Source: Candidatus Anderseniibacteriota bacterium
GTDB taxonomy: Bacteria > Patescibacteriota > Andersenbacteria > UBA10190
Length of the DNA: 64,000 bases
Assembly (NCBI GenBank): GCA_016197005.1
Contig: JACPWO010000001.1
Span: 410,544-474,543 of the forward strand
Direction: 5' to 3'
The notes under the pieces were generated by a model, which had not been told where the DNA came from, ran no database searches, and worked only from the letters and a program-made list of their open reading frames with translations. This document shows positions 48,455-57,795 of the stretch, piece by piece. Positions within the stretch are counted from its first letter, which is position 1; every line of letters starts with the position of its first letter. The translations under genes were made by a program, and so were the position numbers.

Positions 48455-50242
48455 TTACTCGACGCTTTTATTGGCTACTCCTTGCCAGTTGGCAATGAGA
48501 GAAATGAGTGACTGGGCAGTTTCGAGGGCTTGCTGACCTAGTGATTTAAGTGCTGACACGAATGGAGACACAGACGTAACTTCTGGAGGATTGCTAGTCA
48601 CCGTATTTACCTCTGGGACAGAAACAATGCCATATTCAGGAGGAAGACTTGTTGTAGGTGGGGCAATACTGGACGTAACGGGGAGTTGCACCACTTTTGC
48701 AGGGGAAGCTGTAGATAGGACGGGGGTAGGTTTAGGACTAGGAGTGGCAGTATTTCCCGTAAAGAAATTTGCTATCCGCCGAACAACTGATGGTTTCTGT
48801 TCTGGGAGCGGAGAAGGAGACATCACAATTGTATTCTCCAAATTTCCCTCGATGGGCTTTTGTAGAGCTACAGCAGTTGTGGTCGGTGCGGAAATATTCA
48901 CCATTGGAGTAGGGGTAACGACGCTTGCGCCGGTAAAGAATTCCGTTACTCGTTGAATTACTGAGGGTGTTTCTGTAGTTACAACACTGCTCACGGAAGA
49001 GGCGCCGGGCGTATCACACATTGGGATTCTGATTTTTTCTTGGGGACTGCCTCCCAGGTAGCGTGGGAACTGGTACGTAGCGAGAAATGGAACCTCTAAT
49101 GTTCCAACACCAGGTGCGGGCACAACAACTCTAACAACGTATTGAGTATATCGAGCAACTTTATCAGTGATCCAGTGTAGCTTATTACCCGCAAGTTGTT
49201 GGTAAGTAGTAGGCACCGCACTCTCAACACGACCAGCCGGAAGGGTAATTTGGGCAGTCATTGGAGTCCCTACCATTTGGGAGGGAGTAACTATCCCAAA
49301 TATAACTGAGAACGGTTGGTCAGGTGTATAGCATTGAGGTATTGCTCCAGCCGTAACTATGGGCAATTCTGACACGACTGGTATGGTCGGAGCAGGCACG
49401 GCGCGGAAATCGAAATATTCAGTTGGCGGTGATACTGGTTTAGAAGGCGTTGGGCTAGGTGTTGAAGAAGAAATTGAGGTTCCAACCGGAGCTTGAGTGG
49501 GTCGAGGGGCTACAGTTGGTTGAGAGGTTGGAGCGGCTGTCGGCTTGGGAGTAATAGTAAACGTGGGAGAGGGTTGAGGCGGCGCCCAATTTGCAGAAAC
49601 GTCAACTGGATCTTGGATTCCCAATTCTTTTGGTTGTTCATTATCCAGACATGTTCTTGCTATTCCCCATTTTGAGTCGAAAAATGGTAAATCTTTATAG
49701 CGAATAATAAAGAGATAAGATTGACTTAACCCATCGTTATTCTGAGGCGTAAGTGCTATTTGGGGGTGAATATCTACTGCATATGTGACGGCTTTAGATA
49801 GAAGATCAGATCGAGAAATAGCTTTTGGAATTGTTATTGGTCCCCATTCGACACCACTATCAAATTTATGAGTAATATTTTGTAGATACGGCTCAGAAGA
49901 AACATCAACTGCTTTTAATGTTTTAGCCCAGACTGGAGAGTTCGCCTTTGGGTTATTAAACTTCGAATTATAGTACAAGCGGACAGTCATTGTACGATCT
50001 GCAGCCGTAGGATTTATAACTTGCAGTTTCGGTGTCACAAACTTTCCTGTATTGGGGTAATGGACACACGAAAGTGGTTGATACAAACCGACTGGTTTTA
50101 CATCGTTACCCGAAAGAACAGCTGTTCTCCCGAGTGATAAGAAACCATAATAGTCAGCCACCCCAGCTACTATTGCCAGGGCAGTGATTCCCACTCCTAT
50201 TACGACCATCAGCCGGAGCGTCATTTGTCTATCGTAACACAA
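48455..50242 (-). CDS. Secreted/membrane-anchored hypothetical protein with Pro/Thr/Ser-rich regions
   Basis: 595 aa. An N-terminal TM/signal (LMVVIGVGITALAIVAG) and extended PT-rich low-complexity segments. The start may be the internal MTLRLMVV. Confidence 0.5.
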   Translation of the reverse strand: MCYDRQMTLRLMVVIGVGITALAIVAGVADYYGFLSLGRTAVLSGNDVKPVGLYQPLSCVHYPNTGKFVTPKLQVINPTAADRTMTVRLYYNSKFNNPKANSPVWAKTLKAVDVSSEPYLQNITHKFDSGVEWGPITIPKAISRSDLLSKAVTYAVDIHPQIALTPQNNDGLSQSYLFIIRYKDLPFFDSKWGIARTCLDNEQPKELGIQDPVDVSANWAPPQPSPTFTITPKPTAAPTSQPTVAPRPTQAPVGTSISSSTPSPTPSKPVSPPTEYFDFRAVPAPTIPVVSELPIVTAGAIPQCYTPDQPFSVIFGIVTPSQMVGTPMTAQITLPAGRVESAVPTTYQQLAGNKLHWITDKVARYTQYVVRVVVPAPGVGTLEVPFLATYQFPRYLGGSPQEKIRIPMCDTPGASSVSSVVTTETPSVIQRVTEFFTGASVVTPTPMVNISAPTTTAVALQKPIEGNLENTIVMSPSPLPEQKPSVVRRIANFFTGNTATPSPKPTPVLSTASPAKVVQLPVTSSIAPPTTSLPPEYGIVSVPEVNTVTSNPPEVTSVSPFVSALKSLGQQALETAQSLISLIANWQGVANKSVE

Positions 50243-50314
50243 AGACTACACTTGGATCATCTCTAGCCCAGCGCTGCGTTACTTATCACGTTTTAGCTGC
50301 AAAAAGATAAACGG

Positions 50315-51850
50315 ATGTCAAAGAAAATACTGCTAAATACAAAACGTATCATGCATCACGTAAGTAAAGAGCTACTCGCTCATCAATTTGAAGTTGGGAT
50401 ATGGCTTATAATAAGTGCGTTCTATATTGTAAATGTCATTCCTCTCGCCCTACACGGCCCGTTTAACGCCGACGAGGGTTGGTATCTATACAACGCCTGG
50501 CAAACATGGGAAGGACGAGTGCCATATCTAGACTTTGCCTTTCCCCAGCCACCGGCCACACTCATTATTCATGGTTTCTTTCAGGAGTTCTTCGGACCTG
50601 GTTTCTACTTAGGTCGACTCATTAACGCTGGCCTTAGTTTTTTGGCTATAGCCGCCTTTGCCAGTGCGAGTCGACGTCTATGGGGAGTGTTAGCCGGAGT
50701 ATGTACCGGACTTATCCTCGTCGCTTCGCCGCTATGGTTACTTCATAGCGTCTCAGTATCAACATATGCCACCGCTGCTCTATTCTTGGGACTAGAGTTG
50801 TTAGCCATTGCGTACAAGCGACCTTGGTTAGTGGGCTTCTTGGCCGTGAGTGCTATGAGCGCCCGTCTCACGATTGCTCCCACCGCTCTTTTGCTCTTCA
50901 TACCAATCTTTTTCACTTCATTTCGACTTAAAACACTTTTCCAAATTGTGGCAGGTTGCATTTGTGCTCTCACAATCATTGTTGCCCCACTGGCTATTAT
51001 CGCCCCACAAAAGGCATGGATAAACATTATCGGTTATCACACCTACATGCGCGCTGGCCTCGCAACCAGTAGCATAGAACGTCACGTCGAAGTGATTATG
51101 CCATTCTTACAAGAACAGTATCTGCCGGTATACCAGTGGTTTTGGATTGCTGCCTTAGTAGGAGTCATTCTGGCCGTGCGAAGAGATCGCACGAGTGGCG
51201 TTGTATCCGCTGCAATCCTTACGACAGTCTTTATAAACGCTCTTTTGCATGCGACCGCTATAAACGCTACGTACGATGTTCCTCTTATTCCACTTCTTGT
51301 CGTGGCTGCGAGCAGCGGCATCGGGTTTAGCATTTCATCATTGACGTCTAGCTGGCAGCGACGAGCGGCGTTCACCGTTGTCGCAGTAGTATGTATTGGC
51401 ATACTCACATACTCACAAGCATTCTTGGCATTAGGAGAAGGAGAGCGTGAAGAAGGTCATACAAATATTCACCGCCTGGCACAGTATATCCAGTCTCATA
51501 CGACACCAGACGAATACATTTTTACCCCGGAATTATATGTGGCAGTCGAAGCACAGCGACGCTCCCTACCAGGAAGCGAATTGGGACGATTCTTCTATTT
51601 TCCCGAACTAACGGACGCGGAAGCCCAGAAGCGAGGAGTAGTAAACGACGATCTTTTTACTCAGATGGTTACCTCGCGTCACGCAAAGTATATTGTCGTG
51701 AGCATGGCTCAGTTCTGGAATAACGTTACTGATCATGAGCATCAGCATCAATTGATGAGCGTTTTTGATAAAGCGGGTTATGTTCCCGTGCTTGAACTCC
51801 AGAAAGAGCATCCCGCTATTGAAGCAACCCGACTATATGAGCGCCAATAA
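50315..51850 (+). CDS. GT-C fold membrane glycosyltransferase-like protein (ArnT/PMT-like)
   Basis: 511 aa, about twelve TM segments, and an N-terminal acidic loop motif (FNADEGWY). Confidence 0.5.
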   Translation: MSKKILLNTKRIMHHVSKELLAHQFEVGIWLIISAFYIVNVIPLALHGPFNADEGWYLYNAWQTWEGRVPYLDFAFPQPPATLIIHGFFQEFFGPGFYLGRLINAGLSFLAIAAFASASRRLWGVLAGVCTGLILVASPLWLLHSVSVSTYATAALFLGLELLAIAYKRPWLVGFLAVSAMSARLTIAPTALLLFIPIFFTSFRLKTLFQIVAGCICALTIIVAPLAIIAPQKAWINIIGYHTYMRAGLATSSIERHVEVIMPFLQEQYLPVYQWFWIAALVGVILAVRRDRTSGVVSAAILTTVFINALLHATAINATYDVPLIPLLVVAASSGIGFSISSLTSSWQRRAAFTVVAVVCIGILTYSQAFLALGEGEREEGHTNIHRLAQYIQSHTTPDEYIFTPELYVAVEAQRRSLPGSELGRFFYFPELTDAEAQKRGVVNDDLFTQMVTSRHAKYIVVSMAQFWNNVTDHEHQHQLMSVFDKAGYVPVLELQKEHPAIEATRLYERQ

Positions 51851-52430
51851 CTCTTTATTACTCATATGTGGGTTCGTGGTATTTACCACAAGCGCGGTAC
51901 TACTTGCTCGCTTTCAATTTTTCGAACTTTTCACAATTTCTGCCAACGAGTCGTATACTCTGCCGGCAGGTAGCAACATGCAACAACGCGTAAAAATAGT
52001 GTCGGAATCACGTGAAGTACGATTATTTTTTCCTCAAGCAATGAGTAGTCGATTAGTGAAAGTTATAGTGCAACAAGACAACGATGACGCGCCAGGCGAG
52101 GATATTTCGACAAAGATAGTACAGCCACACCGAGAATCTTCTCGCAGTAGTTTACGAATAAAAATCCCCAGAACACCTGCGGAGCATATCTGGATCTCCA
52201 TTGCATCCGCCGACGGGGAGCCAATCGAAGTTTTTCGCGAAATTGATAGTACAAAGTACTCCGAAGGAAGACTGATGCTAAATAATAAGAAAATTGCCGG
52301 TGTCCTTGGTTTCAGCCTGGTTGAGCGAACACGCTTTCCCCTTCATCCCCGGTTAACTGCCATAGTATTTGGCTTGTTGCTCATAGTATGGATTTCAGTT
52401 GCTCCAAGTATTTCAAAACGAGTAGTCTAA
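51837..52430 (+). CDS. Hypothetical protein with N-terminal TM anchor
   Basis: Start at MSANNSLLLICGFVVFT, overlapping the upstream stop by 14 nt. Confidence 0.4.
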   Translation: MSANNSLLLICGFVVFTTSAVLLARFQFFELFTISANESYTLPAGSNMQQRVKIVSESREVRLFFPQAMSSRLVKVIVQQDNDDAPGEDISTKIVQPHRESSRSSLRIKIPRTPAEHIWISIASADGEPIEVFREIDSTKYSEGRLMLNNKKIAGVLGFSLVERTRFPLHPRLTAIVFGLLLIVWISVAPSISKRVV

Positions 52431-52434
52431 TACT

Positions 52435-53310
52435 ATGACTTCGGGACAACGCATAGGATTACACGTTTCAGCCGCAGGAGGCCTGGAGAATGCTCCCCTG
52501 AGAGCAAAAGAGGATTTTGACGCGGAATGCTTCCAGTTCTTCTCTCGCAGTCCCCGGGGGGGCGGTACACCTCCCATTAGTGAAGAGACAGCGCGCATGT
52601 TTCGAGAAAATGCAGAAAAATTCGGCTTTGAGAGTTATATCCATACCCCATACTACATAAACTTCGCTTCGAAAAATAAGCGGGTGTTTTATGGCTCAGC
52701 AGCAGCCGTACGACAGGAATTAGAACGAGGTAGCACCCTTGGCGTGAAATACGTCGTCACCCACATGGGCAGTGCAAAAGAGTGGGTAGAAGACCCAAAG
52801 GCTACGGCTACTCCCGCAAAAGCGCTGGAGCAGGCTATTAAAGGCCTTAAAGCTATTTACGAGGACAGCTCGAAGTTTTCCGCACGACTTTTGCTGGAAA
52901 TTTCTGCGGGAGCCGGCTCAGTTGTGGGCGATACGTTTGAAGAGTTAGGGCATCTTTTATCTGGCCTCGGTCGCAGCGATGTCCACGTGTGTTTAGATAC
53001 TGCTCACCTCTTCGCATCAGGGTACGACGTACGTACAAAGAAAGCGTGGGACGAGACACTACAGAGCCTAGACAAGCATGTTGGCCTCGATAACCTCAAA
53101 CTCATCCATGTAAATGACTCTAAGATCGACTTAGGAGGCCGAGTTGATCGACATGAACATATTGGTAAAGGATATATTGGCAAGGATGGATTTAAGGCCA
53201 TGCTCGCTCATAAGGACCTGAAAAAAGTTAACTTCATCCTTGAGACGAAGCACGATGCGCTGATATATGAAGATATTGCCTTCTTAAAGAAAAATCGTAA
53301 GAAATCATGA
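52435..53310 (+). CDS. nfo: Endonuclease IV (AP endonuclease family 2)
   Basis: 291 aa with IGLHVSAAGG, YIHTPYYINFAS and HVCLDTAHLFASGYD metal-site motifs. Confidence 0.85.
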   Translation: MTSGQRIGLHVSAAGGLENAPLRAKEDFDAECFQFFSRSPRGGGTPPISEETARMFRENAEKFGFESYIHTPYYINFASKNKRVFYGSAAAVRQELERGSTLGVKYVVTHMGSAKEWVEDPKATATPAKALEQAIKGLKAIYEDSSKFSARLLLEISAGAGSVVGDTFEELGHLLSGLGRSDVHVCLDTAHLFASGYDVRTKKAWDETLQSLDKHVGLDNLKLIHVNDSKIDLGGRVDRHEHIGKGYIGKDGFKAMLAHKDLKKVNFILETKHDALIYEDIAFLKKNRKKS

Positions 53311-53960
53311 CTGTACAAGATAAACAAAAAGCGCTCAAAGTACTCAACAATAAATTAGCGATGGATACGTCATTACCACTGAAAGCAACGGCTACGAACG
53401 ATGTTCCGGGAGAAGGTAGCCCAGAAGCAGAAATCTTATTTGTTGGTGAGGCACCAGGCGCCCGTGAAGACGCTCTGGGACGACCGTTTGTGGGAGCAGC
53501 AGGAAAGTTTCTGGATGAGCTTATTGCTTCGATTGGTCTGAAGCGAGCTGATATATTTATTGCCAACCTCATTAAACACCGGCCACCAGGTAATCGCGAC
53601 CCGCTTCCCGAAGAGATAGAGGCGTATGCGCCGTATCTTGAAAAACAAATGAGTATTATTGAACCCAAGATCATTGTGACCTTAGGTCGTCATTCCATGC
53701 AGTACTTTTTAGGGGAGGGACTATCGATCTCAAAAATTCACGGACAACCAAAAAGGCGCAACGGCCGCATTGTTATGCCGATGTACCACCCCGCAGCGGC
53801 TTTATACAGTGGCAACCTACGGCCGGTATTAAAAGCTGACTTTGCGAAACTTCCCAAGGTTATAAAACTCTTAGAAAAAGGAGAGGATCTGCAATTAGTC
53901 GAGACACCAGCAGTTAGTGAGAAGCAAAAAGCAGCGGAAAGTCAGCAATCGTTGCTCTAA
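53307..53960 (+). CDS. Uracil-DNA glycosylase family 4
   Basis: 217 aa with ILFVGEAPGAREDALGRPFVGAAGKFLD (the family-4 GEAPG motif) and HPAA at the C-terminus. It overlaps nfo by 4 nt. Confidence 0.85.
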   Translation: MTVQDKQKALKVLNNKLAMDTSLPLKATATNDVPGEGSPEAEILFVGEAPGAREDALGRPFVGAAGKFLDELIASIGLKRADIFIANLIKHRPPGNRDPLPEEIEAYAPYLEKQMSIIEPKIIVTLGRHSMQYFLGEGLSISKIHGQPKRRNGRIVMPMYHPAAALYSGNLRPVLKADFAKLPKVIKLLEKGEDLQLVETPAVSEKQKAAESQQSLL

Positions 53961-53989
53961 TAGCTAATTCCCGCTATTCTCGGTATCAC

Positions 53990-54072
53990 GCGGACGTGGC
54001 GAAACGGTAGACGCACTACCTTGAGGTGGTAGCGCTCGCAAGGGCATGGAGGTTCAACTCCTCTCGTCCGCA
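53990..54072 (+). tRNA. tRNA-Leu (anticodon GAG), class II
   Basis: GCGGACG...CTACC-TTGAGGT-GGTAG...long variable arm...GGAGG-TTCAACT-CCTCT-CGTCCGC-A. Confidence 0.85.
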
Positions 54073-54325
54073 CTAAAATACTCTTGATCTCGAAGAAAAA
54101 TTCTATATTGTGTACGGATCGATTGTTGCATCGAGCGACAACGATTTGTACGCCTTGCATCACAAGGGTAGAAGTATGCGAGACACACTCAGCAGGGGAA
54201 AAACTTTGAGGAAACGTAACCGTATCTTGCACAAGTTTGAGTTGCTCATTCTTAGGGCAAGAGGAGCGTGGTGGCGCTGGAGAAACCGCAAACGACCAGA
54301 TTTTGATCTCCTCGACTAGCACTAA

Positions 54326-54357
54326 ATGCCAGCCCTCCAGCTGGCATTTTCTTTTAT
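54326..54357 (+). terminator. Rho-independent terminator
   Basis: ATGCCAGC-cctcca-GCTGGCAT followed by TTTTCTTTTATT. Confidence 0.65.
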
Positions 54358-54455
54358 TGCATCTTATCTTCACATGATGTCATCAGACCGCGACGGAGCG
54401 GATTTGAAAAGACATTACCTGTCCTTTGCAACCAGTACCGAGAGGAGACATTACA

Positions 54456-55100
54456 ATGATGTCAGAAACAGACGTCCTACAACTACTACACAAAGTGGGA
54501 GCGGTCATTACTGACAGCCACATCGTGTATACCTCTAACAAGCACGGCAGCGCGTACGTCAATAAAGATGCTGTGTATCCACATACTCGTCTGACCTCAA
54601 AACTGTGCCTTGCGATTGCTCAGGACGCTCTCGCACACGGACCGGTCATTCAGGCGGTAATTGCACCAGCTGTTGGCGGGATTATTCTCTCGCAGTGGAC
54701 GGCCTACCACCTCACTGACCTTAGTGATCGCGAGGTGATTGGTGTCTATGCGGAAAAAGCACCAGAAAGCGATGAGTTTGTTATCAAGCGAGGCTACGAT
54801 AAGCTCCTCCAACACAAAAATGTGCTGGTGGTGGAGGACATTCTCAACACTGGCGGCTCTGTAAAAAAGGTTGTGGAAGCTGTTCGTCATATCAGTGGCA
54901 ATGTCGTGGCAGTGGCCGCTCTTTGCAACCGCGGCAACGTAAGTAAAGAAGATATTGGCAATCCGCCATATTTCTTTACGCTTGCCAATGTGAATATGGA
55001 TGCGTGGGATGAAGCGGAGTGTCCACTTTGTATTCAGAAAGTCCCCATCAACACCGAAGTAGGTAAGGGACGAGAATTCCTAGCACGAAGACACCCGTGA
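54456..55100 (+). CDS. Type I phosphoribosyltransferase (orotate/purine PRTase-like)
   Basis: Start at MMSETD, preceded by GGAGA. PRPP-binding motif VLVVEDILNTGGS. Confidence 0.65.
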   Translation: MMSETDVLQLLHKVGAVITDSHIVYTSNKHGSAYVNKDAVYPHTRLTSKLCLAIAQDALAHGPVIQAVIAPAVGGIILSQWTAYHLTDLSDREVIGVYAEKAPESDEFVIKRGYDKLLQHKNVLVVEDILNTGGSVKKVVEAVRHISGNVVAVAALCNRGNVSKEDIGNPPYFFTLANVNMDAWDEAECPLCIQKVPINTEVGKGREFLARRHP

Positions 55101-55176
55101 AACGCTTTCCAAAACGACTCTGCCGACTCTCTCAAGGGGTCGGTTTTTTCTTACAGAATTTATTAACTAGTTAGTT

Positions 55177-55251
55177 TGGTGGGCGATGAGGGATTCGAAC
55201 CCCCGACCTTTTCGGTGTAAACGAACTGCTCTACCGCTGAGCTAATCGCCC
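55177..55251 (-). tRNA. tRNA-Val (anticodon TAC) with encoded CCA
   Basis: Minus strand reads GGGCGAT...GTTCG-TTTACAC-CGAAA...GGGGG-TTCGAAT-CCCTC-ATCGCCC-A-CCA. Confidence 0.8.
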
Positions 55252-55255
55252 TCTG

Positions 55256-55327
55256 TGCCGCGGGGGTGAATCGAACACCCGACGCCAGCCTCTTCAGGGC
55301 TGCGCTCTACCTCTGAGCTACCGCGGC
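55256..55327 (-). tRNA. tRNA-Phe (anticodon GAA)
   Basis: Minus strand reads GCCGCGG...CAGCC-CTGAAGA-GGCTG...GGGTG-TTCGATT-CACCC-CCGCGGC-A. Confidence 0.85.
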
Positions 55328-55407
55328 ATTTCAGCTATTGAATTGTGGTACGAGCATAGCTAAAACTTGCTCAAATCTCAACTTTTGGTACAAATACATA
55401 CACGCAT

Positions 55408-55478
55408 GCGGGTATGGTATAGAGGTATTACATTACCTTGCCAAGGTAAAGATACGGGTTCGATTCCCGTTACCCGCT
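55408..55478 (+). tRNA. tRNA-Gly (anticodon GCC)
   Basis: GCGGGTA...TTACC-TTGCCAA-GGTAA...ACGGG-TTCGATT-CCCGT-TACCCGC-T. Confidence 0.8.
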
Positions 55479-55495
55479 CACGACAGATAACGTTT

Positions 55496-55678
55496 TCAGT
55501 GATACCACCGTTCGGCAATGAATTTGAGCAGTACACCGAAGAGAATAATCGGCGAGATAGTCATACCAATAAAGCCAAGCACGAGCCCCCAGCCGCCCAG
55601 TTGTAGTGAGGGATTATATATGTGCAGCAGAATCGGCAGACTTAGAAGAAGTAAGAGTATTAAAAGTGATTTATTCAT
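55496..55678 (-). CDS. Small two-TM membrane protein (hypothetical)
   Basis: 60 aa, Leu-rich; weak support. Confidence 0.25.
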   Translation of the reverse strand: MNKSLLILLLLLSLPILLHIYNPSLQLGGWGLVLGFIGMTISPIILFGVLLKFIAERWYH

Positions 55679-55733
55679 GCCTCTAATTTATCACACCTTG
55701 CGCATGCTTCTCATCTATCGGTAGGCTTAGAGT

Positions 55734-56351
55734 ATGAGTAAAGACCTATCAGCCATTGTTAATTTCCTCTTTGAAGTAGGGATGCTGGCTAAGACCCCGC
55801 GGAGCGGTTTTCACTTTTTAACTAACCACAAACAGTCAGTCGCTGAACATATCAATCGGACGGCATATATTGGCTACGTTTTGGCAATGATGGAAGATGA
55901 CGACAAAGTAGACCCGGCTACCGTTATGAAAATGTGTTTACTCCATGATTTAGCAGAAGCGAGAACCAGTGATTTAAATTGGATGAATCAAAAGTACGTG
56001 ACCGCACATGAAGAAAAGGCAGTCCATGATCTGGTACAAAACCTTCCATTTGGTGAGGACATTAAAAAAACGATTGATACCTACGAAGAGCGTACCTCCT
56101 TAGAATCTAAACTTGCCAAAGACGCGGATATTCTTGAGCTCCTCCTTGTTCTGAAAGAAATGATTGATGTAGGACATAAGAAAGCAAAAACGTGGATTCC
56201 ACCAATGCACAAGCGCCTTCAAACAAAGAGTGGTCGTAAACTCGCTAAGGTGATTATGAAAACTGATTCAGATAATTGGTGGTATGGAAATAAAAAAGAT
56301 ACGTGGTGGATTAATCGCAATGGGAAAGATAAATTATCATCTAAGAAATGA
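55734..56351 (+). CDS. HD-domain phosphohydrolase (YfbR-like)
   Basis: 205 aa with H...HD (LLHDLAE) ... D (AKDADILE) metal-ligand motifs. Confidence 0.75.
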   Translation: MSKDLSAIVNFLFEVGMLAKTPRSGFHFLTNHKQSVAEHINRTAYIGYVLAMMEDDDKVDPATVMKMCLLHDLAEARTSDLNWMNQKYVTAHEEKAVHDLVQNLPFGEDIKKTIDTYEERTSLESKLAKDADILELLLVLKEMIDVGHKKAKTWIPPMHKRLQTKSGRKLAKVIMKTDSDNWWYGNKKDTWWINRNGKDKLSSKK

Positions 56352-56692
56352 GCAACCTCTCGGAAAAGAAATGTAAGCCTTGTGAAGGTGGTATCCCGCC
56401 CTTAACAGGCCAGGAGCTTACCCCGTGGCTAAAGCAAATTGATCAAGCTTGGAAATTAACTGAGGGCGAAACAAAAATTCGTCGGGAATTCACGTTCAAA
56501 GATTTCGTTCAGACTATGGCTTTCGCGAATAAGGTGGCTGAGGTAGCGGAAAAGGAAGGGCACCATCCCGATCTTCACATTTCCTATGGAAAGCTCACCA
56601 TTGAGCTCTGGACGCACAAAATTAGTGGCCTATTTGATAACGACTTTATTCTAGCGGCAAAAATCGACGAACTTTATTCGGCGTCTAGTTGA
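56348..56692 (+). CDS. Pterin-4a-carbinolamine dehydratase (PCD/DCoH)
   Basis: 114 aa with the motif EGHHPDLHISYGKLTIELWTH. It overlaps the HD gene by 4 nt. Confidence 0.8.
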   Translation: MSNLSEKKCKPCEGGIPPLTGQELTPWLKQIDQAWKLTEGETKIRREFTFKDFVQTMAFANKVAEVAEKEGHHPDLHISYGKLTIELWTHKISGLFDNDFILAAKIDELYSASS

Positions 56693-57540
56693 CTGCGAAT
56701 CTCCGCTCGGCGCTCTTCCATTCTTTTACGTGTAGCATCAAGACGGTCTTTTACTGCTTGGGAGCGCTCCTCAATTAACTTCTCCCGATTTTTTTGTTGC
56801 TGCTCAATGCGGGCTTTAGCATCTCCTTTTCGTCCTGCCGTCGTTTCCTTGGTCGCTTCTCGACGTTCTAATATTTCCTTTTTTAATTCCTCTCGGCGTA
56901 CTTTCAGCTGTTCCTGTTGCTCTATCTGTTTGGCTTTTGCTTCCGCGCGACGTTTTTCAAACTGCTCTCTAAATTTTTTCTGTTCTTCTTCGTTCTCCGT
57001 GCGCTTTTCTGTTATTTCTTGACGAAGCTCTTCACGACGCTCTCGCCACTCTTCAAAATTACCCTGAATGTTTCCTAGTACCTCTTTCTTTCGCTCTAGC
57101 TGCTTTTGCGTATTCGCTTCGACCTTAGCAATCATCTTTTCAATACGCTCCTCACAATCCGCATCCGCTAAATCCGTACAAATGACTAATTTCCGGTCCA
57201 GCGCATCCAGGCGCTTCTGATCAAGCTGTACTTTCCGTTCAGCTTGAAAGGTGAAGGCACGACGAACGTGAAAGAAAGCGTTCTCAACTCCAAACAAAAA
57301 TCTTTCAAATGGCAATGTTTCTGTTTCGAGAGCGAAGGTAAAATTTTCGTCAGCCAGCTGTTGATCCACCAGAATATCTACATTGGCGTTATTGTCGCTG
57401 GATACCGTGACTTCATTCGTCACGTTGGTTGAAGATTCTACTGAAACATTATTGGAAGACTCGACAGATACTTCATCTGCGAGTGCCGGAAGGGCAACGA
57501 AAGCGGTAACAACGAGCGCTATGAGAGTATTTTTGGCCAT
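56674..57540 (-). CDS. Secreted highly charged coiled-coil protein (hypothetical)
   Basis: Start at MAKNTLIALVVTAFVALPALA (signal peptide), followed by roughly 200 aa of K/E/R-rich heptad-like sequence. Confidence 0.5.
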   Translation of the reverse strand: MAKNTLIALVVTAFVALPALADEVSVESSNNVSVESSTNVTNEVTVSSDNNANVDILVDQQLADENFTFALETETLPFERFLFGVENAFFHVRRAFTFQAERKVQLDQKRLDALDRKLVICTDLADADCEERIEKMIAKVEANTQKQLERKKEVLGNIQGNFEEWRERREELRQEITEKRTENEEEQKKFREQFEKRRAEAKAKQIEQQEQLKVRREELKKEILERREATKETTAGRKGDAKARIEQQQKNREKLIEERSQAVKDRLDATRKRMEERRAEIRSQLDAE

Positions 57541-57714
57541 AAACGAAGGAAATAAGAGGGTATGCCACATAGTATACCTCCACCTTTGAATTTGCGCTGT
57601 ATTTCTCTATTAAGTGGCCTCATTTGGTCTATCTCCGCATTATATGCCCTTCTCTTGACAAAAATGGTAATATATATTGACAAAATATAATACCTGTGCT
57701 ATGGTAGCCCGTTC

Positions 57715-57746
57715 GCCTAACAGTCTACTCTGTTAGGCTTTTTTGT
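57715..57746 (+). terminator. Rho-independent terminator hairpin immediately downstream of TTGACA/TATAAT-like promoter elements
   Basis: GCCTAACAG-tctact-CTGTTAGGC followed by TTTTTTGTT. Tandem TTGACA boxes lie at 57655 and 57677, and TATAAT at 57686. Confidence 0.5.
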
Positions 57747-57795
57747 TGGCCGGATTTGGTCAATCCCTTAATCGGGTTTACTCGTAAGCTCTCCT

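Noticed and set aside
53957-54373. 138-aa minus-strand ORF spanning tRNA-Leu(GAG)
   Set aside because: It overlaps a well-folded tRNA and a plus-strand terminator. There is no RBS and its composition is odd.
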